A stretch of 64,000 nucleotides of DNA from Candidatus Limivivens intestinipullorum (GTDB lineage Bacteria; Bacillota; Clostridia; Lachnospirales; Lachnospiraceae): NCBI GenBank assembly GCA_018711185.1, contig DVIQ01000099.1:10380-74379 (forward strand), given 5' to 3'. Under the pieces are notes generated by a model that searched no databases, had not been told where the DNA came from, and saw only the letters and a list, made by a program, of their open reading frames with translations. Positions 48,231 to 58,242 of the stretch are shown here, one piece after another (within the stretch, counting starts at the first letter, position 1; the number at the start of each line of letters is the position of its first letter). The position numbers and the translations under genes were made by a program.

Positions 48231-48384
48231 TAGACTTATAGTATTGGTATATTATGCTCTGATATCAGAATGAGAGTATGTTTCCAAAAGGCGATATTGG
48301 TGTATTCATGAAACAACCCTGTCTGACATAAATTTAGCTCTTGCTTTTTTCAGTGGATTCCGCTATAATAGCAGAAACGCAAAA

Positions 48385-48643
48385 GAAAAGGCGATGACGG
48401 GAAGAAGTAGCGCAGATACCTGAGTTCAGAGAGCATCCGGCTGGTGTGAGGGTGCCAAAGGCCTGCGGCGAATACATCTCTGAGCTGCTGCCTGAAAGGT
48501 TTCCGTAGGGTAAGACGGGCGCGCCCGATACAGCGCGGGGGATTGTCAGATCCCTGTTGAGGAAGACTTGTAGTCTTTGAATATGAGGTGGTACCACGGT
48601 AGATCCGTCCTCTGTCTGTTCGCAGGCAGGGGACTTTTTTATT
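48385..48643 (+). ncRNA. T-box riboswitch, Tyr (TAC) specifier
   Basis: GCGATGA GA-motif, AGTA/GAA S-turn then TAC at 48473-48475; T-box AATATGAGGTGGTACCACGG at 48580-48599; terminator plus T-run at about 48608-48640. Confidence 0.92.
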
Positions 48644-48797
48644 TTCGCGGGCAATGAGCGGGCGGATATGCCTGCATCAGGGGATTTGACTTCTGGGGAA
48701 AGTGAGCAGGCATGCGTCCAAGGATACCCGTTGACTGCGGTGGAGGACAAATACCGCGCCGGCGTTCTATTAAGACTTTGAAAAGGAGATTGGGAAA

Positions 48798-50018
48798 ATG
48801 GGAATTTATGAAGAATTACAAGCTAGAGGGCTTATTGCCCAGGTGACGGATGAGGAGGAAATCCGGGAGCTGATCAACAATGGAAAGGCGAAGTTTTATA
48901 TCGGCTTTGACCCCACAGCCGATTCCCTTCATGTGGGCCATTTCATGGCGCTCTGCCTGATGAAGCGACTGCAGATGGCGGGCAATACGCCGGTAGTCCT
49001 TGTGGGCGGCGGAACCGGCTACATCGGGGATCCCTCCGGAAGAACCGACATGCGCTCCATGATGACGCCGGAGACCATCCAGCACAACTGCGACTGCTTC
49101 CGCAAACAGATGGAGCGCTTTATCGAGTTTGGCCCGGACAAGGCGATTCTGGTCAACAATGCCGACTGGCTTCTGGACTTAAATTATATCGATCTGCTCA
49201 GAGAGGTAGGCGCCTGCTTTTCTGTCAACAACATGCTCCGGGCAGAGTGCTATAAGCAGAGAATGGAAAAAGGACTGAGCTTTTTGGAGTTTAACTACAT
49301 GATCATGCAGTCCTATGATTTCTACCATCTGTTTAAGGAGTACGGCTGCAACATGCAGTTCGGCGGCGATGACCAGTGGTCAAACATGCTGGGCGGCACG
49401 GAGCTGATCCGGAAGAAGCTGGGAAAGGACGCCTATGCCATGACCATCACCCTGCTTCTGAACTCCGAGGGAAAGAAGATGGGCAAGACGGCCAAGGGCG
49501 CTGTGTGGCTTGACCCGAACAAGACATCTCCCTATGAATTTTTCCAGTACTGGAGAAATGTGGGAGACCAGGACGTTCTGAAATGCATCCGCATGCTGAC
49601 CTTCCTTCCTCTGGAAGAAATCGACCGGATGGACAAATGGGAGGGTAGCCAGCTCAATGAGGCGAAGGAAATCCTGGCTTACGAGCTGACAAAGCTGGTG
49701 CATGGACAGGAGGAGGCCGACAAGGCAAGAACCGCCTCACACGCTCTGTTCGCCCAGGGAAGCGACGATTCGGATATGCCCACCACAGAGCTTTCGGCGG
49801 ATCAGCTTTCCGGCGATTCCATGGCGATCCTGGATCTGATGATGGCCTGCGGTCTGGCAGCCAGCAGAAGCGAGGCCAGAAGGCTTTTGACCCAGGGCGG
49901 CGTGTCCGTTGACGGTGAGAAGGCCGGACTGGATACGGTGGTGACAAAGGATGCCCTGGAAAAGGGCGTGAAGATCCGCAAGGGCAAAAAGGTGTTCCAT
50001 AAGGCGGTATTGAAATAA
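48798..50018 (+). CDS. tyrS: tyrosine-tRNA ligase
   Basis: YIGFDPTADSLHVGH, QFGGDDQW, KMGKT and a C-terminal S4 domain. Confidence 0.96.
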   Translation: MGIYEELQARGLIAQVTDEEEIRELINNGKAKFYIGFDPTADSLHVGHFMALCLMKRLQMAGNTPVVLVGGGTGYIGDPSGRTDMRSMMTPETIQHNCDCFRKQMERFIEFGPDKAILVNNADWLLDLNYIDLLREVGACFSVNNMLRAECYKQRMEKGLSFLEFNYMIMQSYDFYHLFKEYGCNMQFGGDDQWSNMLGGTELIRKKLGKDAYAMTITLLLNSEGKKMGKTAKGAVWLDPNKTSPYEFFQYWRNVGDQDVLKCIRMLTFLPLEEIDRMDKWEGSQLNEAKEILAYELTKLVHGQEEADKARTASHALFAQGSDDSDMPTTELSADQLSGDSMAILDLMMACGLAASRSEARRLLTQGGVSVDGEKAGLDTVVTKDALEKGVKIRKGKKVFHKAVLK

Positions 50019-50102
50019 GGAAAATATAAATAAGAAACTCGCGGCGGCCGTTTCCGGTAAGAGAGACGGCCGCTGCGCTGGGCGTGGGAGGGAGAGCAGA
50101 CT

Positions 50103-50660
50103 ATGAAAATCGCGATTATCGGCTACAGCGGGTGCGGAAAATCCACGCTGGCCAGGTATCTTGGAAAAAAGTATAAGGCAGAGGTTCTGTATCTGGATAA
50201 GGTGCACTGGCTTCCGGGATGGCGGGAACAGGAGCGCGATAGAGAAAAGGCAGCAGTGCGCCGGTTTCTGGATACCCATTCCTCCTGGGTGATCGACGGA
50301 AATTACGGGGATCTGCTTTACGGAAGGAGACTTCGGGAGGCAGACCAGATTCTGTTTTTAAATTTTAACCGGGTTGCCTGCCTGTGCCGGGCACTCAAAC
50401 GATACCTTCGTTTTCGCGGGCAGAGCCGGGATTCCATGACCCCTGGCTGCCCGGAAAAGCTGGACGCGGAATTTGTCCGCTGGATTCTCTGGGACGGCAG
50501 GCGGAAAAAATACCGGGACCGGTATCGGGCCGTGATGCGGAAGTATCCGGAGAAGGTGGTGGTGATACGGGGGCAGAGGGAGTTGGAACGGTATAAAAAA
50601 TCATTACCGCTTTCGCCTGCATCTTTTACTTACGCTGCAAACAGCAGATGTTTGCATTAA
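50103..50660 (+). CDS. adenylate kinase-like P-loop protein (topology modulation/FlaR family)
   Basis: IAIIGYSGCGKSTLA, LDKVHW, WVIDGNY and GCPEKLD motifs. Confidence 0.8.
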   Translation: MKIAIIGYSGCGKSTLARYLGKKYKAEVLYLDKVHWLPGWREQERDREKAAVRRFLDTHSSWVIDGNYGDLLYGRRLREADQILFLNFNRVACLCRALKRYLRFRGQSRDSMTPGCPEKLDAEFVRWILWDGRRKKYRDRYRAVMRKYPEKVVVIRGQRELERYKKSLPLSPASFTYAANSRCLH

Positions 50661-51120
50661 ATTTGCTTATTGCTTTTCTGCACTCCATCAGCCAAATTGG
50701 GGTTCCTTGGCAGCAGAGAAATTGACTGCCCTAAACTGGTATGCAGCTGATTTTTTTTATATTCTTTAGGCGTCAAGCCGGTGATTTTCTTAAATACCCG
50801 GTAGAAATGCTGCACACTGGTAAAACCGCATTCCATGCCGATTTCGATAATCGGCATATCGCTGTTCAGCAGCAGCTTCTGGGCTTCCAGGATTCGCTTG
50901 TATTGGAGATAATTCACCAGAGAAATTCCCATGGTTTTGCGAAAGATCCTGCAGATATAGGACTTGTTCAGAAAAAAATTTTCTTCAAGATCCTGCAGAG
51001 TAATCTGCTGAGAGTAATGGTCATTAATATATACTAAAATCTGCTCCACCGGGGAGAAATGGCGGAGAAAACGGCGTCCTATCTGACTTCTTATACGGAT
51101 AAATCCGTGGGATGATAAAA
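50657..51120 (-). pseudogene. AraC C-terminal HTH fragment (AT-rich)
   Basis: YINDHYSQQITLQDL, NKSYICRIFRK and GFTSVQHFYRVFKKITGLTP; the upstream part of the track ORF is the antisense shadow of the next gene. Confidence 0.55.
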
Positions 51121-51196
51121 ACAGCAGTGTTTTGCGGACGAAGCGTATTTGTATGTCGATAGAGAAACAGGAAAAAGAAAGGGAACAAATCAGAAT

Positions 51197-52813
51197 ATGA
51201 GGATTATCGAGACGGAGAATTATCAGGAGATGTCGGAAGTTCTTCTGCGCCTTTTTACGGAACAGATTCGAAAAAAGCCGGACAGTGTGCTTTCCTTTAC
51301 CACCGGAAAGACGCCGGAAATGTTTTTGGAGCTGCTGGCGGACGCAATCAATGAAGGACTTGACGTAAGCCAATGCGTTTTTTTGAATCTGGATGAATAT
51401 GTGGGGCGAAGAGACATGCCCTACAGTGTCTATTCTTTTATGCACAGCCATTTGTATGACCGTATTGCCGCGGGCCCCTGCTATGCGGATATGATGGACG
51501 CCCAGGCGGAAAACGCAGAGGCGGAGCTTGCCAGGTATGCCGGGGTGCTGGAGCGCTATCCAAGAGATATTCAGCTTCTGGGACTTGGAACCAACGGGCA
51601 CATCGGCGCAAACGAGCCGGGAACGCCCTTTGACTCGTCTCTGTTTGTGGCGGACAGCTTTGCGTCCACCATCGAGGCAACACAGAAGCTGTTCCATTTA
51701 AAGCGGGAGGAGACGCCGGTTCAAATGTATACCATGGGCTTTCAGGAGATCATGGCGGCGAAGCAGGTAATCCTGGCGGCGTCCGGGTCCGGAAAGGCTG
51801 AGGCGGTGCGGGCGCTGGCAGAGGGAGAGATCACGGAACAGGTGCCGGCCTCCCTGCTGCGTACCCATGAAAATTTTACGCTGGTGATCGACAAAGAAGC
51901 GGGCGCTCTGCTGAGACAGGACGGATGGAATTTCCTTTCCACCTGGGAGATGTCGGAGACGGGAATCCGGCGCGGAATCCAGCGCTACAAAGAATCCGGC
52001 GAACTGGAATGCGCGGTGACGGAGGCGGTGAAAGCGGTGGAGGACGAAGAAAGCTTTCATTCGGTGGGATACGGCGGCCTGCCAAACCGGGAAGGACGGG
52101 TGGAACTGGACGCGGCCTACATGGATGGAAATACCTTGGGAGCAGGAGGCGTCATGGCGGTCCATGAAATCAAAAATCCCATTGAGGCAGCCATGCTTCT
52201 CAGTCACAAAAAAAGGGACTGCTTCCTGGCAGGGGAGGGAGCGGAGAAATTTGCCAGAAGTCAGGGACTGGCCTTCGCGGATATGCTGTCAGAAGAAGCC
52301 AGACGGCAGTATGAGGAGGTCAAAGAGAAAACAAAAGAAGAAATGGAGGCCTACCAGGGACATGATACGGTATGCGTGATCGGAAGAGACGAGCAGGGCT
52401 CCATGGCCTGCGGCGTGTCAACCTCCGGCCTGTTTTTAAAGCATCCGGGCAGAGTAGGAGACAGCCCGATCATCGGCTCCGGCTTTTATGCGGACTCCCA
52501 GACGGGCGCCGCGGCGGCTACAGGCGTCGGGGAGGATATTATGAAGGGCTGCCTGTCCTTTGCCATCGTAGAAAGAATGGCCGCCGGACAGCCGGTGCAG
52601 CAGGCATGCGAGGATGTTTTGCGGGCCCACGCGGAAAAGCTGGAACGCCTCGGGGGCGAATGCGGAAGTATGTCGGTGATTGCCATGGATAGAAAAGGGA
52701 ATATCGGGGCAGCCACAAACCTGGATCGCTTTCCGTTTGTAGCCGGGCGGTACACCGGGGAACACAAGTTGATGACTGTGAAAAATTGCATGAAGAACGT
52801 GATTCAAGCGTGA
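51197..52813 (+). CDS. fusion of glucosamine-6-phosphate deaminase (NagB-like) and N4-(beta-N-acetylglucosaminyl)-L-asparaginase (Ntn hydrolase)
   Basis: N-terminal TTGKTP, NLDEYVG, GLGTNGHIGANEPG and PASLL; C-terminal STW, SVGYGGLPN, ELDAAYM, HDTV and GRVGDSPIIGSG; one continuous frame. Confidence 0.85.
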   Translation: MRIIETENYQEMSEVLLRLFTEQIRKKPDSVLSFTTGKTPEMFLELLADAINEGLDVSQCVFLNLDEYVGRRDMPYSVYSFMHSHLYDRIAAGPCYADMMDAQAENAEAELARYAGVLERYPRDIQLLGLGTNGHIGANEPGTPFDSSLFVADSFASTIEATQKLFHLKREETPVQMYTMGFQEIMAAKQVILAASGSGKAEAVRALAEGEITEQVPASLLRTHENFTLVIDKEAGALLRQDGWNFLSTWEMSETGIRRGIQRYKESGELECAVTEAVKAVEDEESFHSVGYGGLPNREGRVELDAAYMDGNTLGAGGVMAVHEIKNPIEAAMLLSHKKRDCFLAGEGAEKFARSQGLAFADMLSEEARRQYEEVKEKTKEEMEAYQGHDTVCVIGRDEQGSMACGVSTSGLFLKHPGRVGDSPIIGSGFYADSQTGAAAATGVGEDIMKGCLSFAIVERMAAGQPVQQACEDVLRAHAEKLERLGGECGSMSVIAMDRKGNIGAATNLDRFPFVAGRYTGEHKLMTVKNCMKNVIQA

Positions 52814-52948
52814 AAGGATTCTATTCGCGGTGCTGCCGCGAATGGCCATGAGCAGTAATAATAAGAAAAACGCTATGGAAATGGAACATAAACTCCATTA
52901 CCCATAGCGTTTTCGCGTATATTGCGGAGAACGGGGAAAGGAGGCAGG

Positions 52949-55600
52949 TTACTTAAACTTCGCCTTCACAGAAATCCCCCTCTGCCTCAGCAATTTCTTG
53001 TAAGCCGTCTTCTTCGCCTTCGGAACCGTCACGGTCAGCTTCTTATAGTTTTTGCTTCCCGCTTTCGTAAAGGCACTGCTCTTAACCGTGCCGGAAGTCA
53101 GCTTCTCCGTCTTTATGGTGATGGAGGTAAGCCTGGAGCAGTTGTAAAACGCCCGGCTGCCGATCTTCGCCACCTTTGACGGAAGGGTAATCTTCGTAAG
53201 GGACGTGCAGTTGGCGAAGGCGGAGGTCCCGATGGAAGTCACATTCTTCCCAAGGGTTACGGAAGTCAGCTTCTTGCATCCGTAGAAGGCCTTGGTGTCG
53301 ATGGATTTGACGCCGCTTCCGATCTGTACCTTTTGCAGGGCGGTGCAGCCGCTGAAGGCGCCGGCTCCGATGCTGGTGACGCTTCCGCCGATGGTTACAT
53401 TTTTCAGCCGCTTGTTGTTTCTCAGCGCGTTGTCTGAGATGGCGGTTACCTTGTAGGTGACGCCCTTCAGCTTGATCTTGGACGGAATAGTTAGGGAAGT
53501 GCTTTTTACGTTTTTCGCGCTTGTATATGCCACGGTGCTTCCCTTCTTCGTAACCGTGTAGACGCTCTTCGTTTTGGAATCCGTCAGCTTGGTTCCCACG
53601 GCCGGCGAGGTGATTTTGAATTTCACGGAGAGGGTACCCTCAAAACGGCCTGTGCCAGTGACTTTCAGTGTAGCGGTTCCCGGCTTGGTGTTGTTTGAGT
53701 AGGATACCTTATATTCTGTTCCCTTTTTCAGGGTACGGCTGCCAATTTTCACCTTTAAGGTTGACGGCTCAACCGCCTTGCCGGCGAAGGTGTAGGAACT
53801 TCTCACGCCGCTGATCTTCGCGTTATCCAGGGTGAGATAGTAAGTGATTCCGTTTCGCTTGGCGTATTTCGCTGCCTGGGAATTATACTCCGTATGAATC
53901 GCGGCATATACCACATGGCTCTGGTCACCGACCCAGTAGGAGCCGGTCCAGAGGATATCGTCCCCGATGGAAGTTACGCTTGCGGGAATGGTGATTTTTT
54001 CCAGATTCCCGCAGTTGTAAAAGGCTTTCTCTCCGATGCGCTTTAAACCGGATTCGATTTCGACCTCGGTGAGGCTGCTGAAAGAGGAAAAGCATTCGTC
54101 CGCTATAGCGGTAATTCCCTTTTTGATTACAATTTTTTTCACCTTGTCTTGAAGAGACTTCCATCTGCCGGGATAATAGACCGAACTGTAGGAAGTGGTT
54201 GACAGGGGAGAACGGTAGGATTCCTCCGGAACGGAAACCTCGCCGCTTCCGGATATGGTGAGGACGCCGTTGGAATACTTCCAGGTGGCGTTTTCCCCTG
54301 CCACGCGGTACGCTTTTTTGCTTGCCGAACCGGTCTGGGCGTTGATGGAATAAAAATTCACCATGTTTCCGTTGGAAGCGTAGTATACCACCTTTGAATC
54401 CTTTACAATGGGCTGGCACTCTGAAATCGGCGCGGCGCTTGTGTATTCTTTGCCGATTTTGTTCCCGTTTCCGTCGAGAAACACATAGTGGAGAATGCTT
54501 CCGGAGAGGCTGTCGTCGGTGCTGGCGTTATCCCCGGAGGAGGTCTCTTCCCAGGAAACAAGGAAGCGGTTGTCATTGATTTTGGTGAGCTTGACGCCCA
54601 GGAAGGATTTCCCGCCGCCCGTATAACTGGTGAGCCATTTTACCGTGGTGGCGTCCTCTGAAAAATTCGACAGGGGAGTTACCGTCAGATAGATGTTGTG
54701 GGGCGTGTCTGAGGTAACGCTGTCGTATTTGGACTGATCGATGGAGGTTCCGATGCAGAGCACGTTGCTTCCGGAAATTTCCATGCCGTCCACGCTGGCG
54801 TAGCAGTTGATGGCCCAGACGGAATCCCAGGCGCCGCCGTAATCCAGGACGGAGAGCTTCTGACTATCGAGCGTATCTGCGTTGTATTTTGTCAGGGTAG
54901 TGCATCTGGAACCTTCGCTCTGTTCCAGAACGTATAAATCCGAGCCATTGCATTTAATATACTGGGCGAAGGAGTGCCACAGATCGCTGCGGACAATTTT
55001 TCCTTCCATGGTGGAGGTGTTCACCGCGATCATCAGAAAGCCCTGGTGGCCCTGGCCCACCGCCTCGTCCACATACCCTTCGTGGCCGGTGACGATATAG
55101 AGGGTTCCGCCCTGCTCCGCGAATTCCACGCATCCGTAGTCAAAGGGATAACGCACATCGCCGCCGAAAAGATCCGGGTTGCTGGTGATGCTGGCAACTC
55201 CGATCCGCCTCCAGTTTGTGTCGTATTTAATGACACGAATGACCTCCGCGGTATCGGATTCGGCAGTGTTTGCCTTTCCCTCCACGAGATAGTAGGCGTT
55301 TGAACCGGCATAGAAACCGCCCCACAGATCCAGATCCATGGCCAGCGTTTTTTTGCTCTGGATGTTGAAATTGTTGTCATAGTATTCGATGTGAACGGTG
55401 TCGTCGAGGTAAAAAACCCGCATGTAGCCGCTGCTGGTGGCCACGAGGCTTGAAGATTTCCGCAAACCGACATCGAGGTTGCTGGCGGCGGTGGGCACGA
55501 GGTTTGATGCCGCTTCTGACGGGAAACCCGGCAGAAGCGCGAAAAACAGAGCCCCGCAGAAGAGAAACAGCGCGGCCAGCTTTTGTTTCAGAACATTCAT
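52949..55600 (-). CDS. secreted surface protein with BspA-type leucine-rich repeats and Ig-like segments
   Basis: Signal peptide; repeated LxxVxIxxxVTSIGxxAFxxC units; YSNNTKPGTATLKVTGTG Ig/MBG-like segment; basic C-terminus. Confidence 0.8.
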   Translation of the reverse strand: MNVLKQKLAALFLFCGALFFALLPGFPSEAASNLVPTAASNLDVGLRKSSSLVATSSGYMRVFYLDDTVHIEYYDNNFNIQSKKTLAMDLDLWGGFYAGSNAYYLVEGKANTAESDTAEVIRVIKYDTNWRRIGVASITSNPDLFGGDVRYPFDYGCVEFAEQGGTLYIVTGHEGYVDEAVGQGHQGFLMIAVNTSTMEGKIVRSDLWHSFAQYIKCNGSDLYVLEQSEGSRCTTLTKYNADTLDSQKLSVLDYGGAWDSVWAINCYASVDGMEISGSNVLCIGTSIDQSKYDSVTSDTPHNIYLTVTPLSNFSEDATTVKWLTSYTGGGKSFLGVKLTKINDNRFLVSWEETSSGDNASTDDSLSGSILHYVFLDGNGNKIGKEYTSAAPISECQPIVKDSKVVYYASNGNMVNFYSINAQTGSASKKAYRVAGENATWKYSNGVLTISGSGEVSVPEESYRSPLSTTSYSSVYYPGRWKSLQDKVKKIVIKKGITAIADECFSSFSSLTEVEIESGLKRIGEKAFYNCGNLEKITIPASVTSIGDDILWTGSYWVGDQSHVVYAAIHTEYNSQAAKYAKRNGITYYLTLDNAKISGVRSSYTFAGKAVEPSTLKVKIGSRTLKKGTEYKVSYSNNTKPGTATLKVTGTGRFEGTLSVKFKITSPAVGTKLTDSKTKSVYTVTKKGSTVAYTSAKNVKSTSLTIPSKIKLKGVTYKVTAISDNALRNNKRLKNVTIGGSVTSIGAGAFSGCTALQKVQIGSGVKSIDTKAFYGCKKLTSVTLGKNVTSIGTSAFANCTSLTKITLPSKVAKIGSRAFYNCSRLTSITIKTEKLTSGTVKSSAFTKAGSKNYKKLTVTVPKAKKTAYKKLLRQRGISVKAKFK

Positions 55601-55820
55601 ACACTTTTCCTCCTTCATTTCTTTCTACATATAATATTAGAGATGCCGGGAGGAAAAGTCAATAGCGTGATTTCCATATCTTTGAAAGTTTTCTCCCTTG
55701 AAAAACCGTACCTTATGGGCTATAATTAGTTGTCAAAAGCAGCTGCGGAACAGCTGCCTGCAAACGAGGGACCGGACGTATCCGGTTGCGGAAGAGAAGG
55801 TCCCTCCGGTTAGGAGAACT

Positions 55821-57116
55821 ATGAATTATCAAGAGGCAAGAGTCTATTTAGGCGAAATGGCTAAATACGGAAGTGTACTTGGCCTGGAAACAATGAAAGA
55901 ACTGCTGACCCGCCTGGGGAATCCCCAGGACTCCCTGCGGTTTATCTATATCGGGGGGACCAACGGCAAGGGATCGGTACTGGCGTACGTGTCGGAGATC
56001 CTTAAGGAAGCCGGATACCGGGTCGGCAGGTATTTGTCGCCAACCCTTTTTTCCCGCCGGGAGAACATCCAGGTGAACGGGGAAATGATCAGCCGGGAGG
56101 ATCTGGCCCGCCTTGCCACGAAGGTGAGGGAGGCGTCAGACCGCATGCAGGAGGAGGGCCTGGCCCATCCGACGGTGTTCGAGATGGAGACGGCCATAGG
56201 TTTTCTGTATTTTCAGGAGCAGGCCTGCGGCGTTGTCGTGCTGGAGACCGGGTTTGGCGGCAGCGAGGATGCGACGAACGTGGTGAAGACCACGGTTTTG
56301 GAAATCCTGACTTCAATAAGTATGGATCACACGGACCTGTTTGGGAGTACCGTCGGACAGGTTGCCAAAAGCGAGGCGGGTATCATAAAGCCCGGGGCCC
56401 GGGTGGTTTCCGCCTGGCAGGAGGAAGAGGCCTGGAAGGCCATTCAGGAAGTATGCCAGGAACGAAAGGCACGTCTGACATCCGCGGACTGCCGGGAGGC
56501 GAAGAATCTGGCGGTATACGGATGGGAGGAGCAGAGCTTTTCCTACGGGGGCTTTTCGGATCTGAAGATCCGCTTGGCCGGAGTATGCCAGATCGAAAAC
56601 GCGGCGCTGGCTGTGGAAGCGGTTAAGGCTCTCAGGGAAATGGGCTGGGAGATCTCAGAGGAGGCCCTGCGAAGGGGACTCTATCATACCCGGTGGAAGG
56701 GACGTTTTACCGTCCTCTCTAAAGACCCGGTGCTGATTATCGATGGGGCCCATAATCCGGGAGCGGCGAAGAGCCTTCGGGATTCTTTGGAGCGCTATTT
56801 TGCCGGGAAAAGGCTGTTTTACATATTCGGGGTGTTTCGGGACAAGGATTACCGGGAGGTGATCCGGCTGACGGCGGATCTGGCGGAGCATATCACGGCG
56901 GTGCAGACGCCGGGAAGCGCCCGGGCCCTTCCGGCAGAGGAGCTTGCCGGCGTACTGCGGGAATACCACAAAAACGTGAGCTGTCAGCCGGACATCCGCA
57001 AGGCGGTGGAGGAAAACTACCGGCTGGCGGACCGAAAAGACGATGTGATCATTGCTTTTGGCTCCCTTTCATTTCTGGGAGCTGTGGAGAAAGCAGCAAA
57101 AGAGGTTAGGAGATAG
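55821..57116 (+). CDS. folC: folylpolyglutamate synthase/dihydrofolate synthase
   Basis: IGGTNGKGS, YLSP, FEMETA, LETGFGG, WKGRF and IDGAHNP motifs. Confidence 0.9.
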   Translation: MNYQEARVYLGEMAKYGSVLGLETMKELLTRLGNPQDSLRFIYIGGTNGKGSVLAYVSEILKEAGYRVGRYLSPTLFSRRENIQVNGEMISREDLARLATKVREASDRMQEEGLAHPTVFEMETAIGFLYFQEQACGVVVLETGFGGSEDATNVVKTTVLEILTSISMDHTDLFGSTVGQVAKSEAGIIKPGARVVSAWQEEEAWKAIQEVCQERKARLTSADCREAKNLAVYGWEEQSFSYGGFSDLKIRLAGVCQIENAALAVEAVKALREMGWEISEEALRRGLYHTRWKGRFTVLSKDPVLIIDGAHNPGAAKSLRDSLERYFAGKRLFYIFGVFRDKDYREVIRLTADLAEHITAVQTPGSARALPAEELAGVLREYHKNVSCQPDIRKAVEENYRLADRKDDVIIAFGSLSFLGAVEKAAKEVRR

Positions 57117-57119
57117 AGT

Positions 57120-57680
57120 ATGATGGATCAGGAAAAAATAAAGAAAGGAATACGTCTGATACTGGAAGGAATCGGGGAGGATCCTAAGAGAGAGGGACTT
57201 TTGGAGACGCCGGACCGGATTGCCCGGATGTACGAGGAGCTTGCGGGAGGCATGCATGAGGATCCTGCCGTGCATCTTGCCAAGCGTTTCCATGTGGATA
57301 ATAACGAAATGGTAATTGAGAAGGACATTACGTTCTACTCTCTCTGTGAGCACCATATGCTGCCATTTTTCGGGAAAGCCCATGTGGCCTATATCCCGGA
57401 TGGGGAAGTTGTGGGGCTGAGCAAGATCGCCCGGACCGTGGAGGTGTTCGCCAAGAGACTGCAGCTCCAGGAGCGCCTGACGGCTCAGATTGCCGACGCG
57501 TTTATGGAGAATCTGCACCCTAAGGGGGTGCTGGTGATGATCGAGGCAGAGCATTTGTGCATGACCATGCGGGGCGTGAAAAAGCCCGGCGCAAAGACTG
57601 TCACCCTCACGGCCAGAGGTGTTTTCCAGGACAACGACGCGCTCCAGAACACCTTTTTCAGAATGATACAGGAAAGATAA
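57120..57680 (+). CDS. folE: GTP cyclohydrolase I
   Basis: [35 protein letters not shown] and HLCMTMRG motifs. Confidence 0.96.
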   Translation: MMDQEKIKKGIRLILEGIGEDPKREGLLETPDRIARMYEELAGGMHEDPAVHLAKRFHVDNNEMVIEKDITFYSLCEHHMLPFFGKAHVAYIPDGEVVGLSKIARTVEVFAKRLQLQERLTAQIADAFMENLHPKGVLVMIEAEHLCMTMRGVKKPGAKTVTLTARGVFQDNDALQNTFFRMIQER

Positions 57681-57683
57681 ACG

Positions 57684-58166
57684 ATGGACAGGATTAATCG
57701 GATTCTTAATCATCCGCTGTTTCAAAACTGCACAGAGCAAATCGCGGGTCTTGAGGAGTCGCGTATTTTCTGCGGCCATGATATGTCACATCTTCTGGAT
57801 GTGGCACGTCTGGCCTACATTTTTACCCTGGAGGAGGGGCTGGGGATTGACCGGGAACGGATTTACGCCGCCGCCCTTCTCCACGATATCGGGCGGCATA
57901 TCCAGTATCTGGAGGGAACGCCTCATCAGGAGGCCGGGCTTCCCCTGGCAAAGGAGATTTTGGCGGACTGCGGATTTTCGGCGGAAGAGAGCCGGGAGAT
58001 TTCAGAGGCTATCGGGCGCCATAGGGACAAAACCGCGGCAGCGGAAAAGAACCTTTCCGGCGTTTTGTACCGGGCGGATAAGATGTCCCGGTCCTGTTTC
58101 TCCTGCGCGGCTGAAAAAGAGTGCGACTGGAGCAGGGAAAAGAAAAATCTGGCGCTGAAGTATTAG
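57684..58166 (+). CDS. HD-domain phosphohydrolase
   Basis: HDMSHLLDVAR, ALLHDIGR, H, and LYRADK HD-fold metal ligands. Confidence 0.85.
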   Translation: MDRINRILNHPLFQNCTEQIAGLEESRIFCGHDMSHLLDVARLAYIFTLEEGLGIDRERIYAAALLHDIGRHIQYLEGTPHQEAGLPLAKEILADCGFSAEESREISEAIGRHRDKTAAAEKNLSGVLYRADKMSRSCFSCAAEKECDWSREKKNLALKY

Positions 58167-58242
58167 CCGCGAAAGGGCGTTTTTTTAAAAAGACCGCCGG
58201 TGGCTGGCGGTACGCATTCGAAATAGAAAGGCAGAAGAATTT

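Noticed and set aside
51120-51697. Upstream part of the 346-aa minus-strand ORF as a full-length AraC
   Set aside because: It overlaps the NagB domain antisense and has no sensor-domain features; only the C-terminal HTH looks real.
55700-55820. THF riboswitch upstream of folC
   Set aside because: A GAGGGGACC/GGTCCCTC stem is present, but the conserved THF aptamer nucleotides were not found.
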